64,000 nucleotides of DNA from Parcubacteria group bacterium (GCA_041660065.1 JBAZXC010000001.1:136535-200534); one strand, 5' to 3'. Counted from the stretch's first letter, positions 1-11,068 are shown. Program-made: numbers and translations. Notes: generated by a model not told the origin, from the sequence alone.

Positions 1-1343
1 GTTCAATGCGCGTCCGGCATCACGTATGGCGGCACGGCCGGCCATTGTTCCGAATGTGATGATCTGCGCCACATGATCTGCGCCATATGTTTTGCGCACA
101 TATGCCAACACATCGTCCCGACGATCGTCTGCAAAGTCCATATCAACATCAGGCATGGAGACGCGCTCAGGATTCAAGAAACGCTCAAAGAGAAGTTTGT
201 ACTCGATCGGGTCCATGTTGGTGATACCGGTGAGATAGGACACAAACGATCCGGCGGCAGATCCGCGTCCCGGACCGACGACGATCCCATCGTTTTTTGC
301 CCAGTTGACGAAATCTTGCACGATGAGGAAGTAGGAGGCATAGCCGGTTTTTTTGATGATATCCAATTCATATTCCATGCGCTTGCGCTGGATGCTGGTG
401 ATATTCGTGCCGAATTTTTTGACGAGGCCTGCCTCAGAAATGTCGCGCAGGTAGTCATCGGCGGTTTTCCCCTCCGGCAGAGGAAAGGACGGCAGTTTGG
501 TGTTACCGAGTTCCAATTCAAACGTGCATCGTGCGGCAATCTTTGTTGTGTTTGTGATCGCTTCGGGCACATCGGAAAAGATCGCAGACAGTTCTTTTTC
601 TGTGCGAAATGAGAGGTCAAACTGTTTCATATTCGGTCGGTCTCCGTCATCCACCTTGCGATTCATTTGAATACATAAAAGCACATCGTGGATATCGCTG
701 TCGTTTTTATTGATATAGTAGACATCACCGCAAGCAACAAGTGGAATTTTTGTATCACGACTCAGTTTTTTCAGTCCTTCATTGATCTTTTGTTGCGGTG
801 GAAAATTCGGATGGTCGTTGAGTTCAAGATAAAAATGATCTTTACCAAAGATATTCTCATAGAGGAGTGCTTTTTCCTTGGCTTGTTCATAGCCATCGTT
901 TTGGAGGAGCTCACCGATCTCGCCGGAGTTGTTGCCGGAGAGAGCGATGATTCCTTCGTGGTGCGTGCGCAATACATCATAGTCTACGCGTGGTTTGTAA
1001 TAAAAGCCGTCGAGCTGTGCGATCGTGATGATCTTGAGGAGATTTTTATAACCGATCTCATTTTCGGCAAGAAGTACGAGCTGATTGGTTTTGCGTGATT
1101 GGAGGGAGGCGGTTTTTTTATCCATGCCACCGGGTGCTATGAGGATCTCTGTGCCGATGATCGGGCGAATGCCGCGTTCCTTTGCTTTGACGGAAAACTC
1201 CACTGCGCCATACACTGCACTTTTGTCTGTGAGTGCGAGTGCTGTCATGCCGTTTTTTTCTGCCGCGTCTAACAGATCATCGATCTTTGCAAGACCGTTT
1301 AAGAGAGAATGATCGGAATGGACATGAAGATGCGTGAATGACA
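1..1343 (-). CDS. dnaE: DNA polymerase III alpha subunit DnaE, N-terminal part (5' partial; gene continues beyond window start)
   Basis: Minus-strand translation from ATG (rc) at 1343 reads MSFTHLHVHSDHSLLNGLAKIDDLLDAAEKNGMTALALTDKSAVYGAVEF... This is the PHP domain of DnaE. The frame stays open to base 1 with DnaE-like sequence throughout (…NWAKNDGIVVGPGRGSAAGSFVSYLTGITNMDPI…). It is absent from the ORF track because it has no in-window stop. Confidence 0.9.
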
Positions 1344-1363
1344 TAGTTTTATTAGGGGGTCCT

Positions 1364-1379
1364 GTCACTCGTGAGTGAC
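1364..1379. promoter_or_regulatory. Near-perfect palindrome GTCACTCGTGAGTGAC in the dnaE/rnhB divergent intergenic region; half-site GTCACTC recurs at 1490-1496
   Basis: Read directly: 7-bp arms GTCACTC/GAGTGAC separated by GT. It lies between divergently transcribed dnaE and rnhB. It is a candidate operator; the regulator is unknown. Confidence 0.3.
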
Positions 1380-1488
1380 GGGATTTGATGATCAAACTGT
1401 TTTTAGATGGTTATGGTAGATTTCTATGACATTGTAGCATATAATCGTATAAGGGTATAAGTTTTGATAATGGATACGTAATAACAGC

Positions 1489-2178
1489 TTGTCACTCACT
1501 AAAATTATGAAAATTGCAACTTTTGAGAAGGAAAAAGCATATGGTGATGCCGGGTACGAGATGATTGTTGGTGTCGATGAGGTGGGACGCGGACCGTTGG
1601 CGGGGCCGGTGGTGACGGCGGCGTGTGTGATCAAAGATGTGGCGCACATTGCCTGTGACACGGATCGCGACAAAAGATGGGATCTCATCCGTGATTCCAA
1701 GCTTCTTAGCGAAAAGCAACGCAAGGAAGTGTACGCATTTATTGAAGAATTTTTTTATATCGGCATAGGGCTGAGCACGCCAGACACGATCGATCGGATC
1801 AATATTCTCCAAGCGACATTTCTCGCGATGAAAAAGGCGGTCGTCGATCTTGAGCGCGTGATCGATAAGGCGTGCGCATATGCTGATGCACAGCGGATGA
1901 TCGTGCTCATTGATGGCAATCAATTGATCCCGAATTTTACACGTGAACAAGCATGTGTATCAAAGGGTGATCAGATCGTAAAATCGATTGCCGCCGCGTC
2001 GATCATCGCCAAAGTGACGCGGGACACAATGATGGAAAAATATGACGCGCAATATCCGCAGTATGGTTTTGCCGCGCACAAGGGCTATGGCACCAAGGTG
2101 CATATGGACGCACTCACACAGTATGGCGCAACACCGATCCACAGGAAAAGTTTCGCACCGGTAAGAAATGTGCTATAA
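1489..2178 (+). CDS. rnhB: Ribonuclease HII
   Basis: MKIATFEKEKAYGDAGYEMIVGVDEVGRGPLAGPVV… carries the RNase HII DEVGRG motif and shows full-length similarity. The true start may be the ATG at 1507. Confidence 0.9.
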   Translation: MSLTKIMKIATFEKEKAYGDAGYEMIVGVDEVGRGPLAGPVVTAACVIKDVAHIACDTDRDKRWDLIRDSKLLSEKQRKEVYAFIEEFFYIGIGLSTPDTIDRINILQATFLAMKKAVVDLERVIDKACAYADAQRMIVLIDGNQLIPNFTREQACVSKGDQIVKSIAAASIIAKVTRDTMMEKYDAQYPQYGFAAHKGYGTKVHMDALTQYGATPIHRKSFAPVRNVL

Positions 2179-2334
2179 ATTTGCTATTTCAAGGCGCTTT
2201 GTTACAATGAAGGACTCGCTTTTTGCGGGTTGGAAGTTCTTTGTAAACGTGTGGAAACATGCGAAAATAGCAAGAAATGTCAGAAATCATCGTTTTCTGT
2301 TGCAGGTCAATTAAACTCAAGAAGGAGAGAAGCC

Positions 2335-5300
2335 ATGTTGCGTTTTTACAGAAAGGAATTGACGGATGGATCGGAGGATGTGGAATATTGTTTCAATGTG
2401 GAAATTTCTGCGGTACTTACTGATGAGGAGATGGCCAATTTGATGCAAATTCTCACGACGGGTTTGTTACACGTGCGTTATCCAGGGTCTCAACATATGA
2501 AGATCAAGATGTTGTTGAGATCGGTCCGCGTGTGAGTGTTGCGACAGCATATTCGACCAATCTGGTTTCTGTCTGCAGAAGTTGCGGATTGGATAAGATC
2601 ATGCGTATTGAACGGTCGCGGAGATATGTTATCCCTGCAACGACCGACAGAGCATATTTTATCCGCACACATCACGATCGTATGACGGAGATGGTATATG
2701 ATGAACCGCTTACGACGTTTGATACAGGCGTTGTGCCAGAGGAAGTGTATACGATTCCATTGATAGAAAATGGACCGGATGCACTGTGTGGTATCCCGGG
2801 TATTTCAATGGACGAAGCTGACCGTCAGTTTTACTACAAACATTTTGTAGAAGAGCACGGAAGGAATCCTACGATTGTTGAGATCATGGATCTCAACAAT
2901 GCCAATTCAGAGCATTCTCGCCACGGTTTCTTTAAAGGGAAACAAATTATCGATGGCGAGGTAAAAAAGGAAACATTGTTTGATCTGGTGACCTCAACTC
3001 TCGTGGCAAATCCTGAGAGTTCGGTGATCGCGTTCAAGGACAATTCCAGTGTGATCGAGGGATATGACATTGAAACAATTATCCCGGAAAATCCTGGATT
3101 TCCTTCGGCATTCACGCACGTACAGTGCACGTATCTGCTTTTGCTGACAGCTGAAACACACAATTTTCCGACCGGTGTGGCTCCATTTCCCGGGGCCGAG
3201 ACTGGAACAGGTGGGAGAATTCGTGATGTGCAGGCGACAGGGAGGGGCGGGTTTACCATTGCCGGTACAGCCGGTTATTGTGTGGGAAATATTCATTTTC
3301 CCGATCATAAGGTAAGTGGGCAATATCCTTGTCCGAGTAATCTGGCGACAGCATTGCAGATCGAGATCGAAGCGAGCAATGGAGCATCGGACTATGGAAA
3401 CAAATATGGTGAGCCACTTATCGCCGGATTTACCAGATCGTTTGACATGATGTTGGAAAGCGGTGAGCGATGGGGTTTTATAAAACCCATTATGTTCACC
3501 GGTGGTATCGGTCAAATGGATGCACGGCATACTGAAAAGGCGGAACCGGAAAAAGGGATGCTGATCGTGCAAGTTGGCGGACCGGCGTATCGTGTCGGGT
3601 TTGGCGGCGGAGCGGCATCGAGCATGCTTCAAGGTGAAAATGATGCGGGACTGGATTTCAATGCGGTACAGCGCGGTGATGCGGAGATGGAACAAAAGAT
3701 GAATCGTGTCATCCGTGCGTGCAATGAAATGGGAGGCAAAACCATCGTCGAGGTTATTCACGATCAAGGTGCCGGCGGACCTGCCAATGTTTTGAAAGAG
3801 TTGGTAGAAAAGTCAGGTGGCAAGATCGAGATACGCAACATTCGTGTTGGCGATCCGACGATGTCGGTTTTGGAAATCTACGTTGCGGAATATCAGGAGC
3901 GTAACGGTTTCTTGATTCGTCCGGAAAACAGAGAACAGTTCAAGGCAATTTGCGAGAGGGAAAAAGTGGGCTGTGAATTTTTGGGCGAAGTGACGGGAGA
4001 CTTGCGTTTCATCGTCAATGATGCACAGGATGATTCAACGCCGGTAGATATTGCGTTGGATAAACTTTTGGGGGGTATCCCTCAAAAAGAGTTTCGGGAC
4101 AATTCTGTTGACCCGAAATTGGTACCGCTTACTATTCCGGAAAGTCTTACCGTATGGGATGCTTTGTGGACGGTTCTACGTCTTCTTTCCGTCGGATCAA
4201 AACGGTTTTTGACCAGCAAGGTAGATCGTTCTGTAACGGGATTGATCGCGCAACAGCAATGTTGCGGTCCACTGCAATTGACAGTTGGTGATGTGGCAAT
4301 TGTTGCTCAATCGCATTTTGGACTGACGGGAATGGCTACAGCAATCGGAGAACAGCCGATCAAGATGTTGGTGGATCCGGCTGCCGGTGCGCGGATGTCT
4401 GTAGGCGAAGCCTTGACCAATCTGGTGTGGGCGAGCGGCGTTGATCTGAAAAAGGTAAAATGTAGTGCCAACTGGATGTGGGCGCCAAAACTTCCCGGTG
4501 AAGGAGCGGCAATATATGCCGCCGCTACAGCAATGCGGGATGTCATGATCGAGTTGGGAGTCGCGGTAGATGGTGGTAAAGATAGTTTATCCATGGCCAC
4601 CATAGTGGAAGGCAAAACAGTCAAGTCACCGCGTGAACTGGTGATCTCTGTTTATGCAGCCATACCTGACATCACGCGGAAAGTAACACCGGATATTAAA
4701 CGTCCTGGTGAAAGCGTGATTTTTGTCATTGATCCTTCGATGTGGAAAATGCGTATGGGTGGATCAGCGTTGGCACAAGCACTGGATCAGATTGGCGATG
4801 AATCGCCGGATATGGATGATCCAATGCTCGTAAAACGGATGTTCCATGCCGTACAAGAACTCATCGATAAAGATCTCATTTTGGCCGGTCATGACAGAAG
4901 TGATGGTGGAATTATCACGACACTGCTGGAGATGGCTTTTTCCGGAGATTGTGGGCTGGATGTCACGATGCCGGGGAGTGGCAATGCTTTGGAAATGCTC
5001 TTTTCTGAGGAGCTTGGCGTCGTGTGTGAATGTTTGCAAAAGGATTGGAAAGCAGTTGCAGAAGTTTTGAATTCAGCCGGTGTGCCATGGGCGGTTATCG
5101 GTGACACTATCGAGGAGAGGCACATCAGAATCAGTTGTAATGGTGACGTCGTGCTCGATGAAGAAATGCGGTTTTTGAGACAATGGTGGGAAGAAACATC
5201 CCATCAGTTCGATCGAGTGCAAACCAATCCTGTGTGTGCTGAGCAAGAATACCGAAACATCGTTCTGTGTACGGCTCCACAGCATGTTGTTCCTTTTACC

Positions 5301-6158
5301 CCATGTCCGACGCCAACACACATTATAAAGGCGACGGAAAAACCGCGTGTAGCGATATTGCGTGAAGAGGGGAGTAACGGCGACCGAGAGATGACCTCCG
5401 CTTTTTATCACGCGGGATTTGACGTATGGGATGTCATGATGACGGATCTCTTGGAAGGCAAAGTGAAATTGGATCAATTCAGAGGACTTGTGGCTGTTGG
5501 TGGGTTTTCTTATGCCGACGTGCCGGAGAGTGCCAAAGGATGGGCGGCAACGATTCGGTGCAACACGATGCTCAACAAAATGTTTACGGACTTTTATGAT
5601 CGTCCGGATACATTTACATTGGGTGTGTGCAACGGGTGTCAACTCTTTGCGCTTCTGGGATGGGTGCCATGGCGCGGTTTGTCTGATGAAAAGCAACCAC
5701 GATTTGTGCGCAATGCCTCGGGTCGCTTTGAGTCCCGGTGGTCAACAGTGAACATTCAAAGCAGTCCGGCCATTATGCTGAAAGGTATGGAAGGATCTAC
5801 GCTGGGTGTTCCGATCGCACACGGGGAGGGAAGGATATACTTTCCCGATCCGCACATCATGTATGATGTGTATAATGATGATCTGATCCCGATCGTCTAC
5901 ACGGACTATGAAGGAAGTGTTGATGGGGAAGTTTCTCATAGCTATCCTTTCAATCCCAATGGTTCGCCAATGGGCATCGCGGGCTTATGTTCACCGGATG
6001 GGCGACATCTTGCGATGATGCCACATCCTGAGAGAGCTTTTCTTTTGTGGCAGTGGCAATGGATGCCTGAGCGGATGAAACGCAAACTCAAAGCATCGCC
6101 GTGGCTCACAATGTTCCAAAATGCGTTTGACTGGTGCATAAAAAATACCAGCATATAA
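2335..6158 (+). CDS. purL: Phosphoribosylformylglycinamidine synthase, single-chain (large PurL); reading frame interrupted by an apparent 1-nt frameshift near 2463
   Basis: ORF 2532..6158 (1208 aa) matches the FGAM synthetase domain plus the C-terminal glutamine amidotransferase domain of lgPurL. The N-terminal domain (MLRFYRKELTDGSEDVEY…DEEMANLMQILTTG, compare E. coli …DDEHAQLERLLKYG) sits in a different frame, 2335..2535. The second frame resumes with …TRALSRV…DVVEIGPRVSVATAYSTNLVSVCRSCGL, matching E. coli …PALASHA…[34 protein letters not shown] RBS lies 6 nt upstream of the ATG at 2335. A TTG at 2230 is an alternative start. Confidence 0.85.
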
Positions 6159-6179
6159 TTTTAAGGGGGTGATCTCAAA

Positions 6180-6216
6180 AGCCTGACTGATAAATACAGT
6201 CAGGCTTTTTATTTTT
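6180..6216 (+). terminator. Rho-independent terminator after purL
   Basis: AGCCTGACTG-ataaata-CAGTCAGGCT followed by TTTTTATTTTT. Confidence 0.7.
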
Positions 6217-6393
6217 ACGGATAAGCGTATACATATATTATGATAATGAACTTGGGGGGTGACAAGATCGCGGATCTGTGCTACACTGTCAACTTAGTGG
6301 TCCTTTTACAACATGATAAATGGCATAATACTGTCAAAAAAAATAGAGGTGTAGATTTTTTTATGATGAAAAAATATGAGGAGGTTTGCACGC

Positions 6394-6540
6394 ATGAGAT
6401 GGATAGTTTGTGGACGATACGAGTATGAATATGACGCACATGGCAAGTGCACGGGGTGGTGTCGTTATGTGGACGGTAAACGAGAAGATGGCCGTCATCC
6501 GGCATGGCATATCAGAACGGGCGATACGCGCATTACGTAA
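6394..6540 (+). CDS. Small hypothetical protein (48 aa, 3 Cys) with strong RBS
   Basis: GAGGAGG lies 9 nt upstream of the ATG. Translation is MRWIVCGRYEYEYDAHGKCTGWCRYVDGKREDGRHPAWHIRTGDTRIT. It is below the ORF-track size cutoff. I recognise no homology. Confidence 0.25.
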   Translation: MRWIVCGRYEYEYDAHGKCTGWCRYVDGKREDGRHPAWHIRTGDTRIT

Positions 6541-6654
6541 ATGCAAGACATTTCTCACAGGGAACACAAGGGCGATCTCAACAGTAGATCGTCCTTTTAA
6601 TGTGGTTTTGCATAAAAACATAGTACGCTACATATACAGCGCAATCCCATAATC

Positions 6655-6690
6655 CCCAAAGTAACATAATCCTACGGCCGTAAGATTATG
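6655..6690. repeat. Near-perfect 17-bp-arm palindrome (GTAACATAATCCTACGG|CCGTAAGATTATGTTAC) immediately upstream of the rpsL promoter; followed by the small palindrome TTTCGCGAAA
   Basis: Read directly. Only one mismatch in 17 bp. It could be a terminator for the upstream small ORF or an operator. Confidence 0.4.
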
Positions 6691-6716
6691 TTACAATTTC
6701 TTTCGCGAAAGTTGTG

Positions 6717-6751
6717 TTGACAGATCATAAAAAATGAGATATTCTGTACAA
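6717..6751 (+). promoter_or_regulatory. Putative sigma70-type promoter for the rpsL-rpsG operon (TTGACA-17 nt-TATTCT)
   Basis: Consensus -35 TTGACA, 17-nt spacer, -10 TATTCT, about 100 nt upstream of the rpsL GTG start. Confidence 0.4.
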
Positions 6752-6849
6752 AGCTATTTGCGAATAGTGTTTTTTGCTTATATTGGTAATGGGTTACGGT
6801 ATGAGCAAAAGAGTTGCAAGGATGTTAATTGATCTAATAATAAATTATT

Positions 6850-7266
6850 GTGCCTACAATCAACCAATTGAAGCGCCGTTCACGCAAGCAACAGAGCAAA
6901 AAAAACACGTCGCCTGCGATGACTACGGTTTTCAATACACTGCAAAACAAGCCGGTGAAATCACAGGGTCCGTTTAAACGTGGCGTGTGTCTCAAGGTTT
7001 CTACTACAACACCAAAAAAGCCGAACTCCGCATTGCGCAAAATTGCTCGTGTGAAATTGACCAACGGGATGGAAGTCACGGCATATATCGGCGGTGAAGG
7101 ACATAATCTCCAAGAGCATTCCATCGTAATGATTCGTGGCGGTCGTGTGAAAGATTTGCCGGGCGTGCGTTATCATGTGGTACGTGGCGTTCTTGACTGT
7201 GCCGGTGTAGATGGTCGCAGACGCGGTCGTTCAAAATACGGAGCAAAGAGACCACAAAAAGCATAG
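6850..7266 (+). CDS. rpsL: 30S ribosomal protein S12 (GTG start)
   Basis: VPTINQL…[71 protein letters not shown] is near-identical to the S12 core. It carries a ~12-aa N-terminal insertion relative to E. coli. Confidence 0.95.
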   Translation: MPTINQLKRRSRKQQSKKNTSPAMTTVFNTLQNKPVKSQGPFKRGVCLKVSTTTPKKPNSALRKIARVKLTNGMEVTAYIGGEGHNLQEHSIVMIRGGRVKDLPGVRYHVVRGVLDCAGVDGRRRGRSKYGAKRPQKA

Positions 7267-7310
7267 TCTTAACTGATGATAATTTTTTTTGAAATCTAAT
7301 TGTAAATTTT

Positions 7311-7778
7311 ATGCCAAGACGTAAGAGAGTTTATAGAAAGTCATGGCGACTTGATCCACAATATGCCAACATATTGGTCGGTCGTTTCATCGGACAAATC
7401 ATGCTCAACGGAAAAAGATCAACTGCAGAGCGGTTGGTGTATGACTCTTTTGATATTATCCAAAAACGTACCAAAAAAGGCGGTTTGAATGTTTTTGAAC
7501 AAGCGATCAAAAACGTTTCCCCGCTCGTTGCGCTCAAATCACGCCGTATCGGTGGGGCGAATTATCAAGTGCCGGTACCGGTTGTGGGAGAGAGACGACA
7601 GACACTTGCAATGCGATGGATCCGCGAGGCATGTCGCAAAGGCAAAGGCAAAGGTTTCGCAGACAAACTGGCTACAGAACTTATCGCAGCAGCCGAAAAA
7701 GAAGGCTCCGCAATGAAAAAACGTGAAGAAACCCATCGCATGGCAGATGCAAACAAGGCATTTGCACATTTTGCATAA
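7311..7778 (+). CDS. rpsG: 30S ribosomal protein S7
   Basis: MPRRKRVYRKSWRLDPQYANILVGRFIGQIMLNGKRSTAERLVYDSF…ANYQVPVPV… is the canonical S7. Confidence 0.95.
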   Translation: MPRRKRVYRKSWRLDPQYANILVGRFIGQIMLNGKRSTAERLVYDSFDIIQKRTKKGGLNVFEQAIKNVSPLVALKSRRIGGANYQVPVPVVGERRQTLAMRWIREACRKGKGKGFADKLATELIAAAEKEGSAMKKREETHRMADANKAFAHFA

Positions 7779-7821
7779 TATTTTTTGATCCCACGGGAGC
7801 ATAAAAAAATAAAAAAACAGT

Positions 7822-8724
7822 ATGAAGAAAATAATGTATCGCTTTGTCGATGTGTGGAAGGTTGATTTTCTCACAAAATTTTTTGCAGGAGAACATCGTA
7901 ATACGTGCACGACGATTTCTTTTTGGGTGCTGTCCAATGTGGTCATTGTTTTTGTTTTGTCTGTGCAGATGTTCGTTTTTCTTTATGCATCAAAAAGCGT
8001 CGTGATCGATGGCGTGCAAAATGCTATCGGTGATGGTGCCACGATCACATTTTTGGACGGTCAGATGACCACTGAAAACATCGATGACCCGTTCTTCAGA
8101 GAAATCAAAACAACAAATGCCAACGGGCAAAGTGTGACATCGGTCGTGATCATTGATATGCATGCAGATACTTATGATCTTGACGCTTTGGACGAGTATG
8201 CGGGCGGTGTGATCGCTTTGCATGATCGTATGTATATCAAAGACGGCAATGATATCACACAAATGTTGTATACCAATGTGCGGAATTTTTCGTTGTCAAA
8301 AGAACAGGTCTTGGCGTATATCGATCGATATTATGCAGTGCCGTTTGTCCTTTTGGCGACGGTTATTGTTGGTGTAGTCCTTTTGCTTACGATGATGATC
8401 GGACGGACGATTGCCGCGTTATGGTGGGCGCTGATGCTTTATATGATCGGTCTCATTATGAATGTGCGCATGGCATACGACATTGCATTTAAAAGTGTGT
8501 TGAATTTGTATTTTGTCCCGATGAGCGTTGTCGTGCTTCTGGGGATTATCAATATACAAATTCCTCTCTTGACAACGGTGATCTTTATTGCGATGTTTGT
8601 TGCAAATCTCATATGGCTCAAGAGACACGTTGAGCCGGAAAAAGCCGATACATCTGACGTTGTTGTGACAAAGACGCAAGAAGAAGCGGAAGAAGCAGTC
8701 GCGACATCGCCGGAAAAAATGTAA
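7822..8724 (+). CDS. Hypothetical membrane protein inserted between rpsG and fusA
   Basis: 300 aa. It has an N-terminal TM, a ~130-aa exposed region and about 4 C-terminal TM helices (…LLATVIVGVVLLLTMMIGRTIAALWWALMLYMIGLIM…). I recognise no family. Confidence 0.55.
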   Translation: MKKIMYRFVDVWKVDFLTKFFAGEHRNTCTTISFWVLSNVVIVFVLSVQMFVFLYASKSVVIDGVQNAIGDGATITFLDGQMTTENIDDPFFREIKTTNANGQSVTSVVIIDMHADTYDLDALDEYAGGVIALHDRMYIKDGNDITQMLYTNVRNFSLSKEQVLAYIDRYYAVPFVLLATVIVGVVLLLTMMIGRTIAALWWALMLYMIGLIMNVRMAYDIAFKSVLNLYFVPMSVVVLLGIINIQIPLLTTVIFIAMFVANLIWLKRHVEPEKADTSDVVVTKTQEEAEEAVATSPEKM

Positions 8725-8814
8725 ACTATAATATATAGTGACAGGAACTGCACCATGTGGTATAGTGGTACAACAATATAACGTAGATATTTATAAATAA
8801 ATCAATCAAAACAT

Positions 8815-10914
8815 ATGAGTAGCAGTAGGAAGACGCCGATCGGTAAGTTGCGTAACATTGGTATTATCGCACACATTGATGCAGGAAAAACCACGACAAC
8901 GGAACGTGTCCTTTTTTATACGGGGATTTCACATAAAATTGGTGAGGTACATGAAGGAGAAGCGACGATGGACTGGATGGAGCAGGAACGAGAGCGTGGT
9001 ATCACGATCACATCTGCGGCAACGACAACTTTTTGGAAAGGTTATCAGATCAATATCATCGACACACCGGGACATGTGGACTTCACTGTAGAGGTAGAGC
9101 GTTCGATGCGCGTATTGGACGGTGGCGTAGTCGTCTTTGATGGAAAAGAAGGTGTGGAACCGCAATCAGAGACTGTATGGCGTCAAGCAGACAAATACAA
9201 AGTGCCTCGTATTTGCTTTATCAATAAAATCGATAAAGAGGGTGCCGACTTTGATCGTGCATTAGACTCAATTCATCAGCGTTTGACACCGCATGCAATT
9301 GCAGCACAATTGCCAATTGGTGAACGTGGGGGTTTTGAAGGCGTTGTCGATCTTGTGACGATGAAAAAAATCACCTTTGGCGGTAAAATGGGTGAGGAAG
9401 TGATCGTGGATGAGTGTCCGGAAGAATTGAAAGCAAAGGCGTTGGAATGGCGAGAAAAATTGATAGAAAAAGCTGCAGAGCAGGATGATAGTGTCATGGA
9501 AAAATATCTTGCCGGAGAAGAAATTTCTGAGGCAGAATTAAAAGCGGCGATCCGCAAGGGCGTGATTGCGACGACGCTTATCCCTGTATTTACGGGGACA
9601 GCTTTGCAAAACAAGGGTGTACAACCGGTATTGGATGCAGTTGTTGATTATTTGCCGGCACCAAACGAAATTCCGCCAATCATCGGTAAAGATCCGAGAA
9701 ATGCAGAAAAAGAAATTATTCGCAAGGCAACGGATGAGGAGCCATTTTCTGCGCTTGCATTCAAGGTAGCGACGGATCCTTTTGTGGGACAGTTGATCTT
9801 TTTCCGTATTTATTCAGGTTCTCTTCAGTCAGGGTCATATGTCGTCAACACGACAAGTGGAAAGAAAGAGCGCATCGGTCGTATCTTGCGCATGCATTCA
9901 AACAATCGTGAAGAAGTGCCGGAGCTTTTTGCCGGTGAGATTGGAGCACTTGTGGGATTGAAGGCGACAAAAACCGGTGATACATTATGTGATCCGGACA
10001 ATCAGGTGGTGTTGGAGTCCATCGAATTTCCGGAGCCGGTGATCGCGATTGCCGTCGAACCAAAGACAAAAGCAGACCAAGAAAAAATGGGGATCGCATT
10101 GGGCAAACTTGCCGAGGAAGACCCGACATTTCGTGTGCGCACAGATGAGGAGTCCGGGCAAACGATCATTTCCGGTATGGGTGAATTGCATCTTGATATT
10201 ATTGTGGACCGTATGCGTCGCGAATTCAAAGTGGAGGCAAATATCGGACAACCACAAGTGTCCTATCGTGAAACGATCACACAGACAGCGGAAGGTGAAG
10301 GTAAATTCATCAAGCAGTCCGGTGGACGTGGGCAATATGGTCATTGTTGGGTACGTATTTCGCCGCGTGAACAGGGTCAGGGATTTGAATTCGTCGATGA
10401 GATCAAGGGTGGTGTGATCCCGCAAGAATACATCAAGCCGGTACAACAGGGAGCGGCAGAGGCGATGGGTAACGGCGTGATCGCAGGATACCCGATGGTG
10501 GACGTTTCCGTTGCACTCTATGACGGTAGTTATCATGATGTTGATTCATCTGAGGCGGCGTTCAAGGTTGCGGGCTCAATGGCGTTCAAAGCGGCCGTGC
10601 GCAATGCGAAGCCGATCATTTTGGAACCGATCATGGCAGTGGTGATCCTCACGCCGGAACAGTCTATGGGTGATGTGGTGGGTGATGTCAATGCAAAGCG
10701 CGGTATCATCAAAGAGATGAAAGATCGCGGAGAAGGCATGGCAATTCTCAAGGAAATTCATGCTGAGATCCCGCTTGCGTCAATGTTTGGCTATGCAACA
10801 CAATTGCGCTCAATGTCACAAGGACGTGCAAGTTCCACAATGGAATTCAGTCATTATGCAGAAGTGCCAAATAGCATCGCACAAGAGATCATTGGCAGTA
10901 ACGAGAAAAAGTAG
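8815..10914 (+). CDS. fusA: Elongation factor G
   Basis: [23 protein letters not shown]…[19 protein letters not shown]… shows the GTPase motifs G1-G4 and domains II-V across 699 aa. Confidence 0.95.
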   Translation: MSSSRKTPIGKLRNIGIIAHIDAGKTTTTERVLFYTGISHKIGEVHEGEATMDWMEQERERGITITSAATTTFWKGYQINIIDTPGHVDFTVEVERSMRVLDGGVVVFDGKEGVEPQSETVWRQADKYKVPRICFINKIDKEGADFDRALDSIHQRLTPHAIAAQLPIGERGGFEGVVDLVTMKKITFGGKMGEEVIVDECPEELKAKALEWREKLIEKAAEQDDSVMEKYLAGEEISEAELKAAIRKGVIATTLIPVFTGTALQNKGVQPVLDAVVDYLPAPNEIPPIIGKDPRNAEKEIIRKATDEEPFSALAFKVATDPFVGQLIFFRIYSGSLQSGSYVVNTTSGKKERIGRILRMHSNNREEVPELFAGEIGALVGLKATKTGDTLCDPDNQVVLESIEFPEPVIAIAVEPKTKADQEKMGIALGKLAEEDPTFRVRTDEESGQTIISGMGELHLDIIVDRMRREFKVEANIGQPQVSYRETITQTAEGEGKFIKQSGGRGQYGHCWVRISPREQGQGFEFVDEIKGGVIPQEYIKPVQQGAAEAMGNGVIAGYPMVDVSVALYDGSYHDVDSSEAAFKVAGSMAFKAAVRNAKPIILEPIMAVVILTPEQSMGDVVGDVNAKRGIIKEMKDRGEGMAILKEIHAEIPLASMFGYATQLRSMSQGRASSTMEFSHYAEVPNSIAQEIIGSNEKK

Positions 10915-10944
10915 ATCATTACCGGAATCGATGGGAATATGTGC

Positions 10945-10980
10945 AAACCCCGCATTTGTATGCGGGGTTTGACTTTTTAT
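10945..10980 (+). terminator. Rho-independent terminator after fusA (no tuf follows)
   Basis: AAACCCCGCAT-ttgt-ATGCGGGGTTT followed by GACTTTTTAT. Confidence 0.7.
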
Positions 10981-11068
10981 ATTGCATTGTCTATCCTGCA
11001 TAAGAAGGAGTTCTTTTGTATGTATGGATGTAAAAAACAACATCTTATGACTGTGGAGGTAAGGACGC

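Noticed and set aside
73-620. Track ORFs 73..612 (+) and 174..620 (-) near the window start
   Set aside because: Both lie inside and out of frame with, or antisense to, the clearly homologous dnaE reading frame on the minus strand. Their translations have no protein-like features.
2994-3767. Long antisense ORFs inside purL, clpB (16422..16994), leuS (39358..40284), fusA (9985..10536) and others
   Set aside because: They lie opposite strongly conserved coding frames and their translations lack domain signatures. These are typical antisense ORFs in GC-balanced coding DNA.
10915-11068. Possibility that tuf was missed downstream of fusA
   Set aside because: No EF-Tu-like reading frame occurs in any frame between the fusA terminator and ORF 11069. 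tuf is simply absent from this position.
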